DNA of 63,886 nt, filler included, from Bigelowiella natans CCMP2755 (taxonomy: Eukaryota > Protista > Cercozoa), in assembly GCA_000320545.1 (NCBI GenBank). It is 4 parts of 4 records of this genome, joined end to end, with 100 filler letters (N's around TTAATTAATTAA, not from the genome) between each part and the next. Parts side by side here need not be neighbours in the genome. Positions count along the whole stretch, not along the records: positions 23,539 to 33,904 come from ADNK01000644.1; positions 34,005 to 61,953 come from ADNK01003012.1; 2 more parts are not named here. One strand, 5' to 3'. Below, one piece after another: positions 23,790 to 35,448 of the stretch (position 1 is the stretch's first letter; every line of letters starts with the position of its first letter). A program made the position numbers and the translations under genes. The notes below the pieces were generated by a model that made no database searches, was not told the origin of the DNA, and saw only the letters and a program-made list of their open reading frames with translations.

Positions 23790-26419
23790 CCTGCGACAGC
23801 TCCAAGGACGTGTATGAGCATGATCGGAAGCTGCAGTTGCATGCCTTCCGCCATGATAACCGGCGCCGACTGCGCCACCGCAGACCCAACTAGCGCACAC
23901 GTGGAGAGCACGCCAACGACGGGCGTGAGCGGCATGATCAAGTCTACTAGCTTTGGCACGAACCTGATAGTAAATTGTGTTAAGAGCAGCTTAATCAGAG
24001 AGCCCTTTACACTGCAACAGCACCCTTACAGGTCATGAGCACGTATCTCCTTCACCCCCCCCTCCCCCCCCCCTTCTACCCACCTTTTAATTGCCATTCC
24101 CGCGGCCATGGGGATGAGGAATATCTGTACGGTGGACATCGCTATTCCTACAGAGTCCAGCTGCACCGACTCTCCAAGCATCACCGAGGAGATGATTGGG
24201 ATCATAAACGTGGCGCCAATGGTGGTAGAGAGCGTCATCAGGATTGAAAGCGCGACGTCTCCTTTCGCAATGTACGTGCAGAGGTTGGAGCTCTGGCCGC
24301 CATTGAGGCTTCCAACCAGTACTAACCCCGCGGTGAGTGATTTGCGGAGCGCAAATGCCTTTGCCAGCCCCAGAGCTAGCAGCGGCATGATAACATAGCA
24401 CGATACGAATCCTATAGCAATGGGGATTGGCTGGCTCGCAACGCGGATTAAGTCGCCAACGGTCAGCGTCACGCCCATCGAGAGCATCAGAGTTGCCAAG
24501 GCGCCTGTGAACCTAATAATCGATGATGACAGTTTATTATAACAATGGAGGACAAGTTGATGATGATCAAAATATACTGACGGCAGCAGTCACAGCAGTC
24601 AGAAGAACGATGAAAGAGCAGAGTGGTGAGGAGGAATGATGATGGTATCGAAGGAAGAATTGGCAGAAGAGACCATCATCATCGCAGCTGGCACTGTGCG
24701 ACAACTACAGTCCCAGCCACTAGTGTTACTATTTTCGTGCGGTATCATTGCTACAGTATTATATTACCATTGCGTCGTAAACCAGTCAAACGCTTGCGGT
24801 TTGAAGAAACCCAAGGCGGCGCTAAGCACTGTCCACAAAGGAAATAGGTTTGTGGCCGTGTCCATGATGCTACTGTACCCACGCCATATCGAGCTCTTGA
24901 ATTCCCTGATAAGGAGCTTGCGCATCGTCACTATTCCGCTGGTTGTGTTGCTGGGGGGCTGATCCGCCACCATCAGCTCGCGGAAATCGGCTAGCCGTGT
25001 AAACACACGCTCCTCCTCTTTGGAGAGGGGCATTTTGGAGACCTGCTTAAGCGCAGCCTGCAGGGTGGCATCGACATCCATCAGGATGCGACAAGCTAGA
25101 TCGAGCTGTTTGCGGTTCTCCGGAGTTATCTCTAGACGACAGTAGTCCCAGAGGAGCTCTTTCTCATCGTCTGTGAGCTCCAACTCTGCCTCCAGCTCCC
25201 CGATCTCCTGCATGATGTTCATTTGCGCCTCGCTCAGGCCTAAGGGGAGCAGTTGCTGCAGCGCCCAGAATTGCCGTGAGTTAACACGCTGCTTTTTGGC
25301 CGTTAAAAGTGCTCGGAAATCCTCTCCAGAAAACACGAGGGAGCGATCAATCATTGCACACTGCTCAGGGCCCAGCAGCTCCTCTACGGTACCAACCTCC
25401 CCGGAGACATTGACTGGCGTGCTTAGAATTGCTTCCATGCCGATGCTGCCGTCTGGTGGGACGTACACACCAGAATTGCGCAGCCAGAGGCACATCTTTC
25501 CAAACGAAAAGAAGCTTTCGAGGTTTAAATCCATCCGTGCCACTCGATTCAGCGTCATCTGCAAGCTCGCGTTGACTCGCATATCGCATACTATGTCGAA
25601 CGCACGTCGCTGCTGATGTGTTAAGTCAAGTGCCCCGAGGAGAGAAACTAGCTTTCTCCTCGTCTGAGCCGTCAATTTAAGCTTCGCTATCTCCATAACC
25701 ATGCTGAGATCGGAATCCGACAGCTTCATTCTGTATGCTGACGCTACCGCCTCGCGCTGTGGTCCTGTGAGCGGCGAGTCGATGACAAGCTGCATTGCTC
25801 TCAGGTCACTCTCTGACAACTGGGAATCTCCAATCCTCTGCATTTGTTCTTTTAAAGTCCGCGAAATTCCCCCCTCCCATAAGCTAGTGCTTGAGACCAG
25901 GCCCCTCCCCATCCTGGTCACTTGCGGTGTTATTGTCTGCGCGGGGGTATGGCTGTTTTTATACCGACGCCAGCTGGGCGCAAACTGCCTGGCACTCTTG
26001 AATATATTACGAGTTTTGCACATGTATTCCGTGTGGGGGTTGTTGTGGTGCCTGCTGTGGTAGCGGTGGCTGCGTTGTCCTGCCGATAATCCTGAGAACC
26101 GGGAGCCACATGAATCGGCTCTGGTTCGGGAGAGTATGGGTATTCGCCTGCCGCTTCCATACCATTTCTGATCATATTCATAGTTCTGCTGGCGGTGCGT
26201 TTGAGGCGAAACTTTAGCCTGGGGCCAGGTCGTCCCAGCTCCCGCCGTCCGCAACGCCGAGCGAAGCTGTGCTAATTTGCTCCGACTTATGAGAACTTCC
26301 CCCCCATTGTCCCTTCCACCCCCTTGATCAAGGGTGTTGGAATTGGTACTTAGCAGAACTAACGTCAATATTGACCCGAGGAGTGCTATCCATGAAATTT
26401 CCCCAAAGCTATTTGCCAT
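23790..26419 (-). CDS. Bile acid:sodium symporter (BASS/SBF) family transporter with bipartite plastid-type leader and long helical-repeat N-domain; 3' end lost toward the gap
   Basis: Exon 1 (26419-24768) ends MDTATNLFPLWTVLSAALGFFKPQAFDWFTTQ and splices in frame to exon 2 (24512-24084) WFTGALATLMLSMGVTLTVGD..VIMPLLA..GLVLVGSLNGGQSSNLCTYIAKGDVALSILMTLSTTIGA, then exon 3 (23963-23790). These are BASS2-like transmembrane motifs. The N-terminus is a hydrophobic stretch followed by an R/S-rich segment. Confidence 0.9.
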
Positions 26420-26505
26420 ACTATACCAGCACGCTTAAACTACCCCTCTGGCAGTGGCCTTTGTGAAAGGAAAAGTTCCTCGTTCTGGAACTAGATATCC
26501 GAAGA

Positions 26506-27042
26506 GTGTCTTCTAGCTACCACTACAATCCGCGCACCGGCACGATGTCCATCGACCTTCAACCTCTCGTTCGCGGATGGGTGAGGGGGGGTGCTACCTT
26601 CGATGGTCGCCACACCAGGTTGGAGTCTCAGCAGCGTTTATTAGGGCTCCACATTCAGACTCAAGCACATCTCCTGGAATCATATCTGAGCCAAAAGCAA
26701 TGCAGATGTGCTCTACGTCTTCCTTCATTTCATGCTTCATCGAAATATCCACGGCATTATGACTATTTCAAGCAGCACTGGGAGAGCGAAGGACCTCTGC
26801 TGTATTTTGCCAGCCGAGAAAGAGTTCAGACCATACCTATGCAATGTGCCTGGGATCGAAAGGGGATTTCGAGTAATATGGATACTTCAGATACAAAAAT
26901 TGATCCAAAACATGATGTTTCAGGATCGAGACTTAGACAGCGGCGTATTTTCAGGCTTCTCGACCGAATAGTCACCGATGCGGCGACTATCTGTAAAATT
27001 CTTGGAGAGCAATCTGGAGAGGAAAATCCCATTCTTTGTTAA
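26506..27042 (+). CDS. Hypothetical protein (178-aa uninterrupted ORF, no recognised domain)
   Basis: Only ORF length and protein-like composition support it; it lies between two confident genes. Confidence 0.3.
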   Translation: MSSSYHYNPRTGTMSIDLQPLVRGWVRGGATFDGRHTRLESQQRLLGLHIQTQAHLLESYLSQKQCRCALRLPSFHASSKYPRHYDYFKQHWESEGPLLYFASRERVQTIPMQCAWDRKGISSNMDTSDTKIDPKHDVSGSRLRQRRIFRLLDRIVTDAATICKILGEQSGEENPILC

Positions 27043-27206
27043 CATGACGCCAACGTATATCTGTTGTCGTATGAGGAAAAGGAGAGCTACTCGTGCACCG
27101 AACACCAAGTACCTCGCTGTCGAGCACGAAACCTTGTCGTTGTATAAGGATTAAGGTAGTTTGGTACAGAATCCTTGCAACCACAAGTTACTCGGGATCT
27201 GTAAGA

Positions 27207-27639
27207 ATGGCGGCCGCAAGCAACATGTTCAAGCCCCTCCTACCTCCTGCGCTTCTCATGGTTCTAGCGGGGACCATGATGGTGGGATATCTAGGCACGC
27301 AACAGCACCCTACATCATTGTCATCCTCGTTGATGGCCAGATCTCGGGCTTCGTTGGTATCGGGGCCCACCTCAGTTCGAAAGTAATAGAGTTAACGTTG
27401 AGCTAGTGTTAGTCGTTGCAAAAAAACTATTAATGGATGCCCGTCACCATTCGGGAATCACTAAATCTTTGATAACCTAATTGTCCGGTGATTTATGATT
27501 GAAATTGATTAGATTAAAGACGTCTGATCAACCATGCTTCCCGTACCAATACATTCATTTATTAGGGGGCTGTTCTCCACGACAGCTGCATTTGGACTAT
27601 TCGGTGGATCTGGTACCAATTCGTTTATATAAATTCTTT

Positions 27640-27675
<36 letters not shown>

Positions 27676-28729
27676 GATGTTGTTGCGATGCCATCTGCAT
27701 TCCATCCCAGCAGCATCTGCAGTGAAAGCCCAATATCCAATTGTTGGCGATGAACAAATCATGTCGCAAAAGGAGCACGGAACAAATACAAAGCCTGTGC
27801 AGGTGCTTAGAACTATTCATTTTGCTAACAGAGTTTGTTGAAGTACAGCAAGTGATGAACCATGTTGTTCCGCCCTTAATATTTTAATGCAAAATTCTTT
27901 TTCTGAGGCCTTCCTTTCCTCCACACACGCATCATTTTCTTCCTTCTAGCTGGATCTTAGGTATGGATGTGACCGCAAAGTAGCAGACAAAATCTGCAGT
28001 TTCAACCGCCACTATGCAGAATATAGCGGGTACGCCATGCAGTTATCTTCTTTCTCTGATATCACCTTTCTTTGAACTTTTTCGCCCTTCCTTTTGAACA
28101 CACCATCTAAGAAATACTTTCCTCCTCCTCCTCCTCCTCCTCCTCCTCCTCCTCCTCCTCCTCCTCCTCCTCCTCCTCCTCCTCCTCCTCCTCCTCCTCC
28201 TCCTGCTTCCCTACGCAGATACTTTCGAACGACCAAATGGCTTTCCGAGGTTGACAAGACGAAGGAAACAACCTACTACGATTCTGTCACAGGAAAGGTG
28301 TAACAATATAAAAAAAGCCTTTACTTTTTCGTTGATATTTCGAAATATGGATGGTGACACTCAAAAACTTTTGCAGCCCCTCTTCATCGCTCCAAAAGGG
28401 AGAACATTTGACGAATTCCAGCGCGAGTCTGAAGCTCACGGGTGGCCGAGTTTTAGGGATGAAGGTTAGGCGTGAACTTGGCAGAGATAATAGTTTCATT
28501 GGTGTCAGTGTCATTCGTACTCTATTTGTGCATTTCTTTGGTCAGATTATCAGAGATATAATTATTTGTTCGTGTTGTTTTAGAGGTGGTGTGGGAGAAC
28601 GTGCGGTGCCTCCGGGATGGCGAGTGCGTCTCCGTAGATGGAACTCATCTGGGTCACAATTTGCCAGATAGAAGTGGGAACCGATACTGCATTAACCTAG
28701 TATCAGTGGCTGGTCATCCCACGATTTAG
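27207..28729 (+). CDS. MsrB/SelR-like methionine sulfoxide reductase family protein, probably plastid-targeted
   Basis: Leader MAAASNMFKPLLPPALLMVLAGTMMVGYLG..SSSLMARSRAS. Mature exons YPIVGDEQIMSQKEHGT..|LDLRYGCDRKVADKICSFNRHYAEYSG|..YYDSVTGK|PLFIAPKG..HGWPSFRDE|EVVWENVRCLRDGECVSVDGTHLGHNLPDRSGNRYCINLVSV*, with the GWPSF, HLGH and RYCIN MsrB motifs. Confidence 0.88.
28121..28204. repeat. (CCT)n intronic microsatellite, about 28 units
   Basis: Directly visible; it generates spurious poly-Pro and poly-Gly ORFs. Confidence 0.95.
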
Positions 28730-29531
28730 AAAATTGATGAATAGTCGATAGGATACAAGGAATCGCGTGTTTCCGCCCCGACTGAATCAATTCAATTGAA
28801 TATAATCGCACTTGCGATACAGTATTTGCAATGCTGCTGCGCGGTGGGCAGCTTGTCTGATGCTAATACAGTGTATAAGTGTTGTTGTATAATTCCCATG
28901 CAAGCCAACATCCCCCTTCAGTGCATCTAGTATCTGGTAAAAGTAGCCATTTCCCCTTCACAGTACATTATGTGTGATGGGCATATCTAGATATCTAGAC
29001 ATCGTAAAGGCTACGATACTGCGTGCGGCGTGCGGCCATGTATGTAAGAATTATTCAGCTACAAAGCCATTGCAAATGTCTAGATGTGTCACCAGATCAT
29101 CTAGTAACTCTACCATGTAGCATAACTAGATAAGCACATATATTATACACATTTGCTCGATCTATATTAGTGTATATATTAAATATTAGAGAGATAATAC
29201 GCTGTATGCGCATGTATTGTTGCATGTCGCACATTTATTAAACGCAAATAATTACCGCTCATTATTAGGACTACGCAACAATCATATGTACATACCTGTA
29301 GCTATTACAAGCACATGATGTGCACTGCATGTACGTAAATGTGTACGTAAATGTGTGTCCATGTGTCCATAGTGGTTTTTACATTTACAGCTGACTAGCT
29401 AGCAGTACCATGCTCATGCATGGGTGCGTGCGTACGTGCTGTTTGTTGCGATAGCTGCTGGTACATGGCTATATGCTACGCCTGCACATTTTTTCTTGAT
29501 ATAAATTTTTGGCAACGATGTTGGCTACCGA

Positions 29532-31348
29532 TTAATTGTTGATAGTGAGTGCATTAAGCGCGAGCAAGCGATCCACTGGTTCTGGCACCGTCGACACTGC
29601 GCACATGCTATACCCTGAAGCAAGATCGTCTTCAGAGTTTCCTCGCTTTCTCCCTCTTGTCATCAGCAATGATGAACCAGTTGGGAGACTGCTGTTCTCG
29701 AAGCCAATTGAAATCGCACACCTTTAAATGGATTACAGTATATCACTTCCTAAGAATGCTAGGCCAAAACCCATCACTTGAAAGGATAGAGTATTATTAC
29801 ATGCTCTCGCCAACATCTTAACGGGATGTGTTGGTAAAAGAATGCAACTAATGTGCGTGTTCTCATCATCACCACTGACACTCGAATGCCCACCTGGTCC
29901 CAGCAATTGGGTTGTTTTTCAGTGAAGCCAGCCGTGACTAGATCTCTGGCGAGATTCTCGTATTCTACAATGTAGGGTGCAAAACCGATGCCGCTGCAGT
30001 GTTCAATGATAGGCTTCGAAGCTACTCTCAGATACACGTTGCATTCCTTCATCTGTACACCGCAAAGAACAGGTAAGCACGAGATGACTGGGAAATGATG
30101 AACATGCAAGAATGGTTTCGAATCGAACACTAGGTGATACTCCCACAACACTAATATGTGTGACCTCATGGGCTCGCAACTGCCTGCAGGCGAAGAAAAA
30201 CGTGCAGCCCTCACAGCGTTCAATGTATACGGGTCCCGACACCGGTCCAACGTAAATCTTACAAGTCTTCAGGTCGGTCATGCGGAGGGTGCTCAATCCA
30301 TGGAGAATGTGTATCTAGAGAGTATTAGAAAAATAAATTCACGTTGCCAAAGCGGCGAAGTCCGTAATGGACAGAAAAAGAAGGACCTCAGAGTTTGCCA
30401 TCTCAGATAATTTTATGTTTCTATTCTCCTTGAAGTCTTCCTCGTTCACCTGGGGAGAATCGGCGAGTAGTGTCCAGTCAATATCAAGGAAGAGGTTAAA
30501 TGTAGCAGCTTGGTGAGTTACTAATAAGCTCTATGTTATACCTTTACTATTTGATCAGATTTGTTCTCTATTGTGAACATAGTATCTCCTTTGACGAGGC
30601 TGAAGAGTTTCTCTCCCTCGGTGGATACAGTTCCAGCACCTGATGGTGCTGAGCCTCCTTCCTTCTTCTCTTTCGGTTTGCGTTTTTTGCTAAATCGAAA
30701 TCTCCTTCTTGGAAGTAGGCGAGACTTTTCCTTTGAGGCGGTGTTCTGGAGCTCCGAGACAATTTTCCTTAAATACCACCGTGAGGGATATATTAATCCT
30801 TTTACTTCCCCCACTTTCTATCTCACCCTCATCTTCCTTGCGCGCGTGTGGCGTGGGAACTACCTTGCTTGCTGGATTTCGTATGGAGGTAAGAAAAATG
30901 TGCTCGCAGCTGCGAAATGCTGCAGCTCGAATATCTTTGCCATGATGGCCTCAAACCGGCCTCTTAATTTCTCAGCTGGGATTTCCTTCGCTGTCTCTAG
31001 TAATTAATAACCTATCAGCCTAATAACGAGATATTTGATTGTTGGTATTGACCTAGAAGGGCTATGATAGTTTCTTTTTGCTGTGCAACTGTTCTTGAAA
31101 AGTCCTCGACATTCTCGCCAGCACGCTTCCGCTCTGATTCTATCGCCGTCTTCCTCTTCCTCTTTATGGTGGGAAATATGAATCTCGTTACCAGAATCCA
31201 TGAAAATGTGTACCAGATAACCACATGAAGGAAAAAAATAATTGTCAACTACCTCTTTCTCGCTCCGGTTTTGATTTCTTTGGTGTATTCTGTCGATCAC
31301 GGCAGCTTTCAGCTCGTCAGCGGAAAGCTCCGTCGAGGGGTCCGCCAT
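29532..31348 (-). CDS. TBCC: Tubulin-binding cofactor C
   Basis: Exons MADPSTELSADELK..|..AASTFFLPPYEIQQAR|..LLPRRRFRFSKK..|STLRMTDLKTCKIYVGPVSGPVYIERCEGCTFFFACRQLRAH..|CNVYLRVASKPIIEHCSGIGFAPY..NCWDQ|VCDFNWLREQQSPNW: TBCC N-terminal helical bundle plus the C-CAP/TBCC domain. Confidence 0.92.
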
Positions 31349-31889
31349 GGTCAGAATTTCAGCCTATGCAATGTTAGATTTATTTGACACAAAGGGATAA
31401 AAATTGGTCTATTTGATAAGAGCGTCAAAAATATAATGGGAATTTAAGGATATATTAACGGCATTTTTATTTCTATACTCCACGAAACAGCCCCACGTTT
31501 CCCGCGTTTTTTGAATTTCTTCGACTTTTTTATCATACGACAACGTCCTCATTATGTCTCATTGAAAATCTCCTGTTTGAAGCTATGCCGAGAAACATCT
31601 TCATAGAAATTTGGAAATGAAGGAGATTTTACTAGACATTGGCCTGTTATCCCGAGAACTCACAACAATTCTCTCGCGCAACCTTGGATTTGCCTGGAAA
31701 CTCAGATTCGATTAAGCTGTAGTTGATACAAGAGATACCTTTCGTTTAAAACAATATTTGTAGAATCAAGATAGACGACAGATTAATTCTAGGGCATTTT
31801 ATTATATTAAGTATTAATTTAGCTGAAATCCAGTCTGATCAGAATTTCCTTCCCTTATCCCCCAAAGCCCTTCCTAAGCTATTGGACTC
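31349..31889. promoter_or_regulatory. Probable bidirectional promoter between divergent TBCC and PSMB4
   Basis: About 540 bp of AT-rich interval between head-to-head start codons. Inferred from geometry only. Confidence 0.5.
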
Positions 31890-32931
31890 ATGGAGCTTCT
31901 CATACAAGCTGATGCTCAATCCCGAGCACAACCACGCTCAAGAACAACGTGCGTTGAATTTTAGTTTAAAATTCCTTTTCAACCCTCGAAGGTGCGATCT
32001 CTGTTGATATATTTCTTCATTTTTTGTCTTAGCCAACCGATCGTGACCGGTGCATCTGTCCTGGCGATCACGTACAAAGATGGAGTTATGATGATCTCAG
32101 ATACTCTCGGTAAATATAGTGCAGAAATTAGATAATTGTACCGTTTAATTGGAAACAATATTCGTAGCTTCTTATGGTTCCATGGCACGATACAAATCGG
32201 TCCAGAGGATCGCGAAGGTCAACGATGGTGCAATAGTTGGAGCAAGCGGAGAGTTTAGCGACTTTCAGTATATTAAAGACCTCCTCGAAGATCTTACGTA
32301 AGTTTATCTCATATTTCGGAATCAAGGGAAACGATAAATTCAAAGGCGATTCAATTTAGGGATGAGGAGTTCGATATGGATGACGGGTGCGAGATGTCTC
32401 CAAGCCAAATCCATAGCTACCTGTCACGTGTGATGTACAATCGCCGCACTAAAGTGAATCCGTTGTATAATCAACTGGTTATTGGTGGCTATGACGCAAA
32501 AAAAAAGACTGGGTGAGATCATCATTTCGACCATCTTTTTGAAAAAATGCGAATTAACATTTCCCCATCAGATACCTCGGTGCAGTTGACATGTATGGGA
32601 GCACTTTCAAGGAAAATATTGTTGCTACTGGATACGGTATGTATATGGCACTCCCTCTTCTTCGCAAGAGCCACAGTCCAGATATGGAAGAGAAGGATGC
32701 TAGAGCATTGCTTGAAAAATGTATGACAGTTCTCTTTTACAGAGACTGCCGAACTATCAATAAGGTGATCTACGAGATATTTCTGGGCATATTCCGCATG
32801 AAACTGACTGTGTAATTTTTCAGTACAATATTGCTAAAGTTACTGCGAGTGGTGTAGAGATTGCTAAGCCGTACTCTCTTCCGACAAAGTGGGACTTCAA
32901 GCGATTTGTCAATCCTCACTTAAAAGAGTAA
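31890..32931 (+). CDS. PSMB4: 20S proteasome subunit beta type-4 (beta-7/PRE4)
   Basis: Exons ..RSRT|[26 protein letters not shown]|[34 protein letters not shown]..|..[24 protein letters not shown]..|[45 protein letters not shown]|[16 protein letters not shown]: the diagnostic beta-7 motifs. Confidence 0.96.
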
Positions 32932-33904
32932 TTTCCTTAGAGGAAAGCCATCAAGCACCAAAAATCTATGAAATTGATTTCTTGCGTCGTTGTATTCAAG
33001 GTTTTCAAACTGTAAACAGGCTAGCTAAGAATTATATTTCTTTTGTTGTATTATTTACTCCTAAGACCTAGCTCTAGAGCTGTGGTTGCAATCTGATATC
33101 TCTTCGCCGTTCAGACGCAACACCGTTCTGCGTTCACGTGCAAATGAATGGGTGTAGATGCACCATGCATGAATGACACAACTAGAGAACGCTAGAACGG
33201 CACCACACACGCGCATGTCAGCGGTGACAACTAGACAACTCAAGTGCGCTGCTGCAAATATGTGCAACAAATGATGGAACACATGCACTTTGATTTCGTT
33301 GGTACGTGTGCAAATGGGTGTAAGAACATGTAGCGAGAACATGAGCACAAAACCACACATTTTCGTCGCGTGCGCGCGCGGCATGGCCTAATGATCGAGG
33401 GCCTTTGCCGTTCATTTGCGTCACAAACTCTAGAACCAGAGAACTGCATGTTGCACAACGCACGCGCGTGTCGTCAGCAAATCAACAATGATGACAATGA
33501 AGAAGTGTCGGCTCACTTTGCTTGCAGATTCTTGGTGGCTTGCTAGCTTGCTCATCAGTTTGCCATGCTGTCATGCAGGCAATGGTGCAATTGACGCGTG
33601 AACGTCATGTAGCGCGTACCACTACGCGGGCACAAGTCACGTGCGACAACAAAGGTTGTTGCGCGTAAGGTGTTCACAGGCCGAGGCGCTACGTGCACAA
33701 GTAGGCAGGGGGGGGGAAAGGCACGTTTGCTTCCTTTTGAAGAGTTGTGTTTATTTTTATTAAAGATTATATTTTTATTAAATCGTGCACTGCGTAATCA
33801 TTCGCGAAGCTTTCGCGAATGCCGTAACGTAGATATTAATACAGCATAGGCACGTGGGTTCCGGCGGGACTCATGGCACTCCCTTAGCGGTTTAGAGACA
33901 TCTG

Positions 33905-34004
33905 NNNNNNNNNNNNNNNNNNNNNNNNNNNNNNNNNNNNNNNNNNNNTTAATTAATTAANNNNNNNNNNNNNNNNNNNNNNNNNNNNNNNNNNNNNNNN
34001 NNNN
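33905..34004. other. Assembly gap with artificial six-frame stop linker; hides the NRPS 5' end
   Basis: 44 N + ttaattaattaa + 44 N. Confidence 0.97.
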
Positions 34005-34016
34005 AAATTATATTTA

Positions 34017-34062
<46 letters not shown>

Positions 34063-34125
34063 TAGCTCGATGCAGTGTTCTTTTATCCTTCATCCTCATT
34101 TTTTCCAAATCCCTCCCCCCCTTAG

Positions 34126-35403
34126 TATTCTTTGCATTCCGAGTGGCTTGCACCTATACTTGCAAGAAGACAGTCCAGGTTTTTGAAATATTGGAGGGCC
34201 CAATTAACGCCACTTCCATCCCCGATGCCACTTCCCATGGATCGACTCCCGCCTCCAAGAAAGACGTATCAATGTGATTCGGTAGCGATTGATTGCTGCA
34301 CATTGTTAGATATTGTTGCACTACTACGTGTTCTTGCAGAACGTGCTAGAGCCCATAATATATATGCATTAAATAACCCTAATTTGAGCCAACACTACCA
34401 CAATGCATAAAAAGGCCGCGTTCCGACTGAGCTCAAACGCTACAGAAGCTTTACGGAAAATGGCAAACAAATTAGGAGTGACACTCACAGCAGTTATGCT
34501 TGCGATCTACGAGGTTAGCATGAAGCACGTTCAACTGATAATTCACGTTAATGAACGTTGGACGCACTAACAGCCTATCTTAATCTCAGGTCTACCTTCA
34601 TCAATATACTTCAAGCACCATATTGTTGCTTGGAATACAACTGCCTGCACGTGTTGAACCAGAGGTCAGCTCAACTCTAAAGAAGCCATTCAAGGCTTGA
34701 TTTCTATTGCAAGATACTACCAACAACTGATATTACCATTTCTTCTTTATCTGATCTACTGCAATATCTCAAGGTCACTCACATAGTCGGCCCGTTTTCC
34801 AATACCGTGCCAATGAGAATGGACTTGTCGGTACTTACAATCATTCTGCTCATACTTTATCATACTTCCCATTTTGTGATGAATCGCTGGAAACAGGACA
34901 GCCAGCTTCTACCTTCGTATGCGATCTTAGAAGATAGATTCTATGGGATCATTCACCCTGTTCGTTATATTATTGCAATTCTTTTTCAGGGAGATCCAGC
35001 TTTTAAAAGCCTTGTACATGAAACACAACGAAACTTGACAAAAGCTGAAGCTCATCAAGAGTAAGTTTGGTTGTGATGATACCCAGGGATTACTTCGGGG
35101 TTAGAAGAGCATAAGTAGCAGATCTACGATTTTTATTCATTGAATACACTTATAATTATATATATATTCAAATACTCATCTTTTAGGTGTCCACTTGCTA
35201 CCCTTCTGAAAGAGACATCAAACAGATTGTCTAAAAATGATAAGAAAGAAGTTGTGCAATCACCAGCTTCTGCATCATCACCAACACCACCACCATCATT
35301 ATCACTATCCTCACCATCAGCCGCTGCAGCTGATGGTGCTATGATGGGGATTCGCATCGCTCCTGATGCAACTCCAGAAAACCTTCATGCGGTAAATTTG
35401 GAC

Positions 35404-35448
<45 letters not shown>

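Noticed and set aside
29600-29620. Apparent 17-nt GT-AG mini-intron in the last TBCC exon, reminiscent of nucleomorph-type tiny introns
   Set aside because: The frame reads through to a stop at 29532 without splicing, so no intron is needed.
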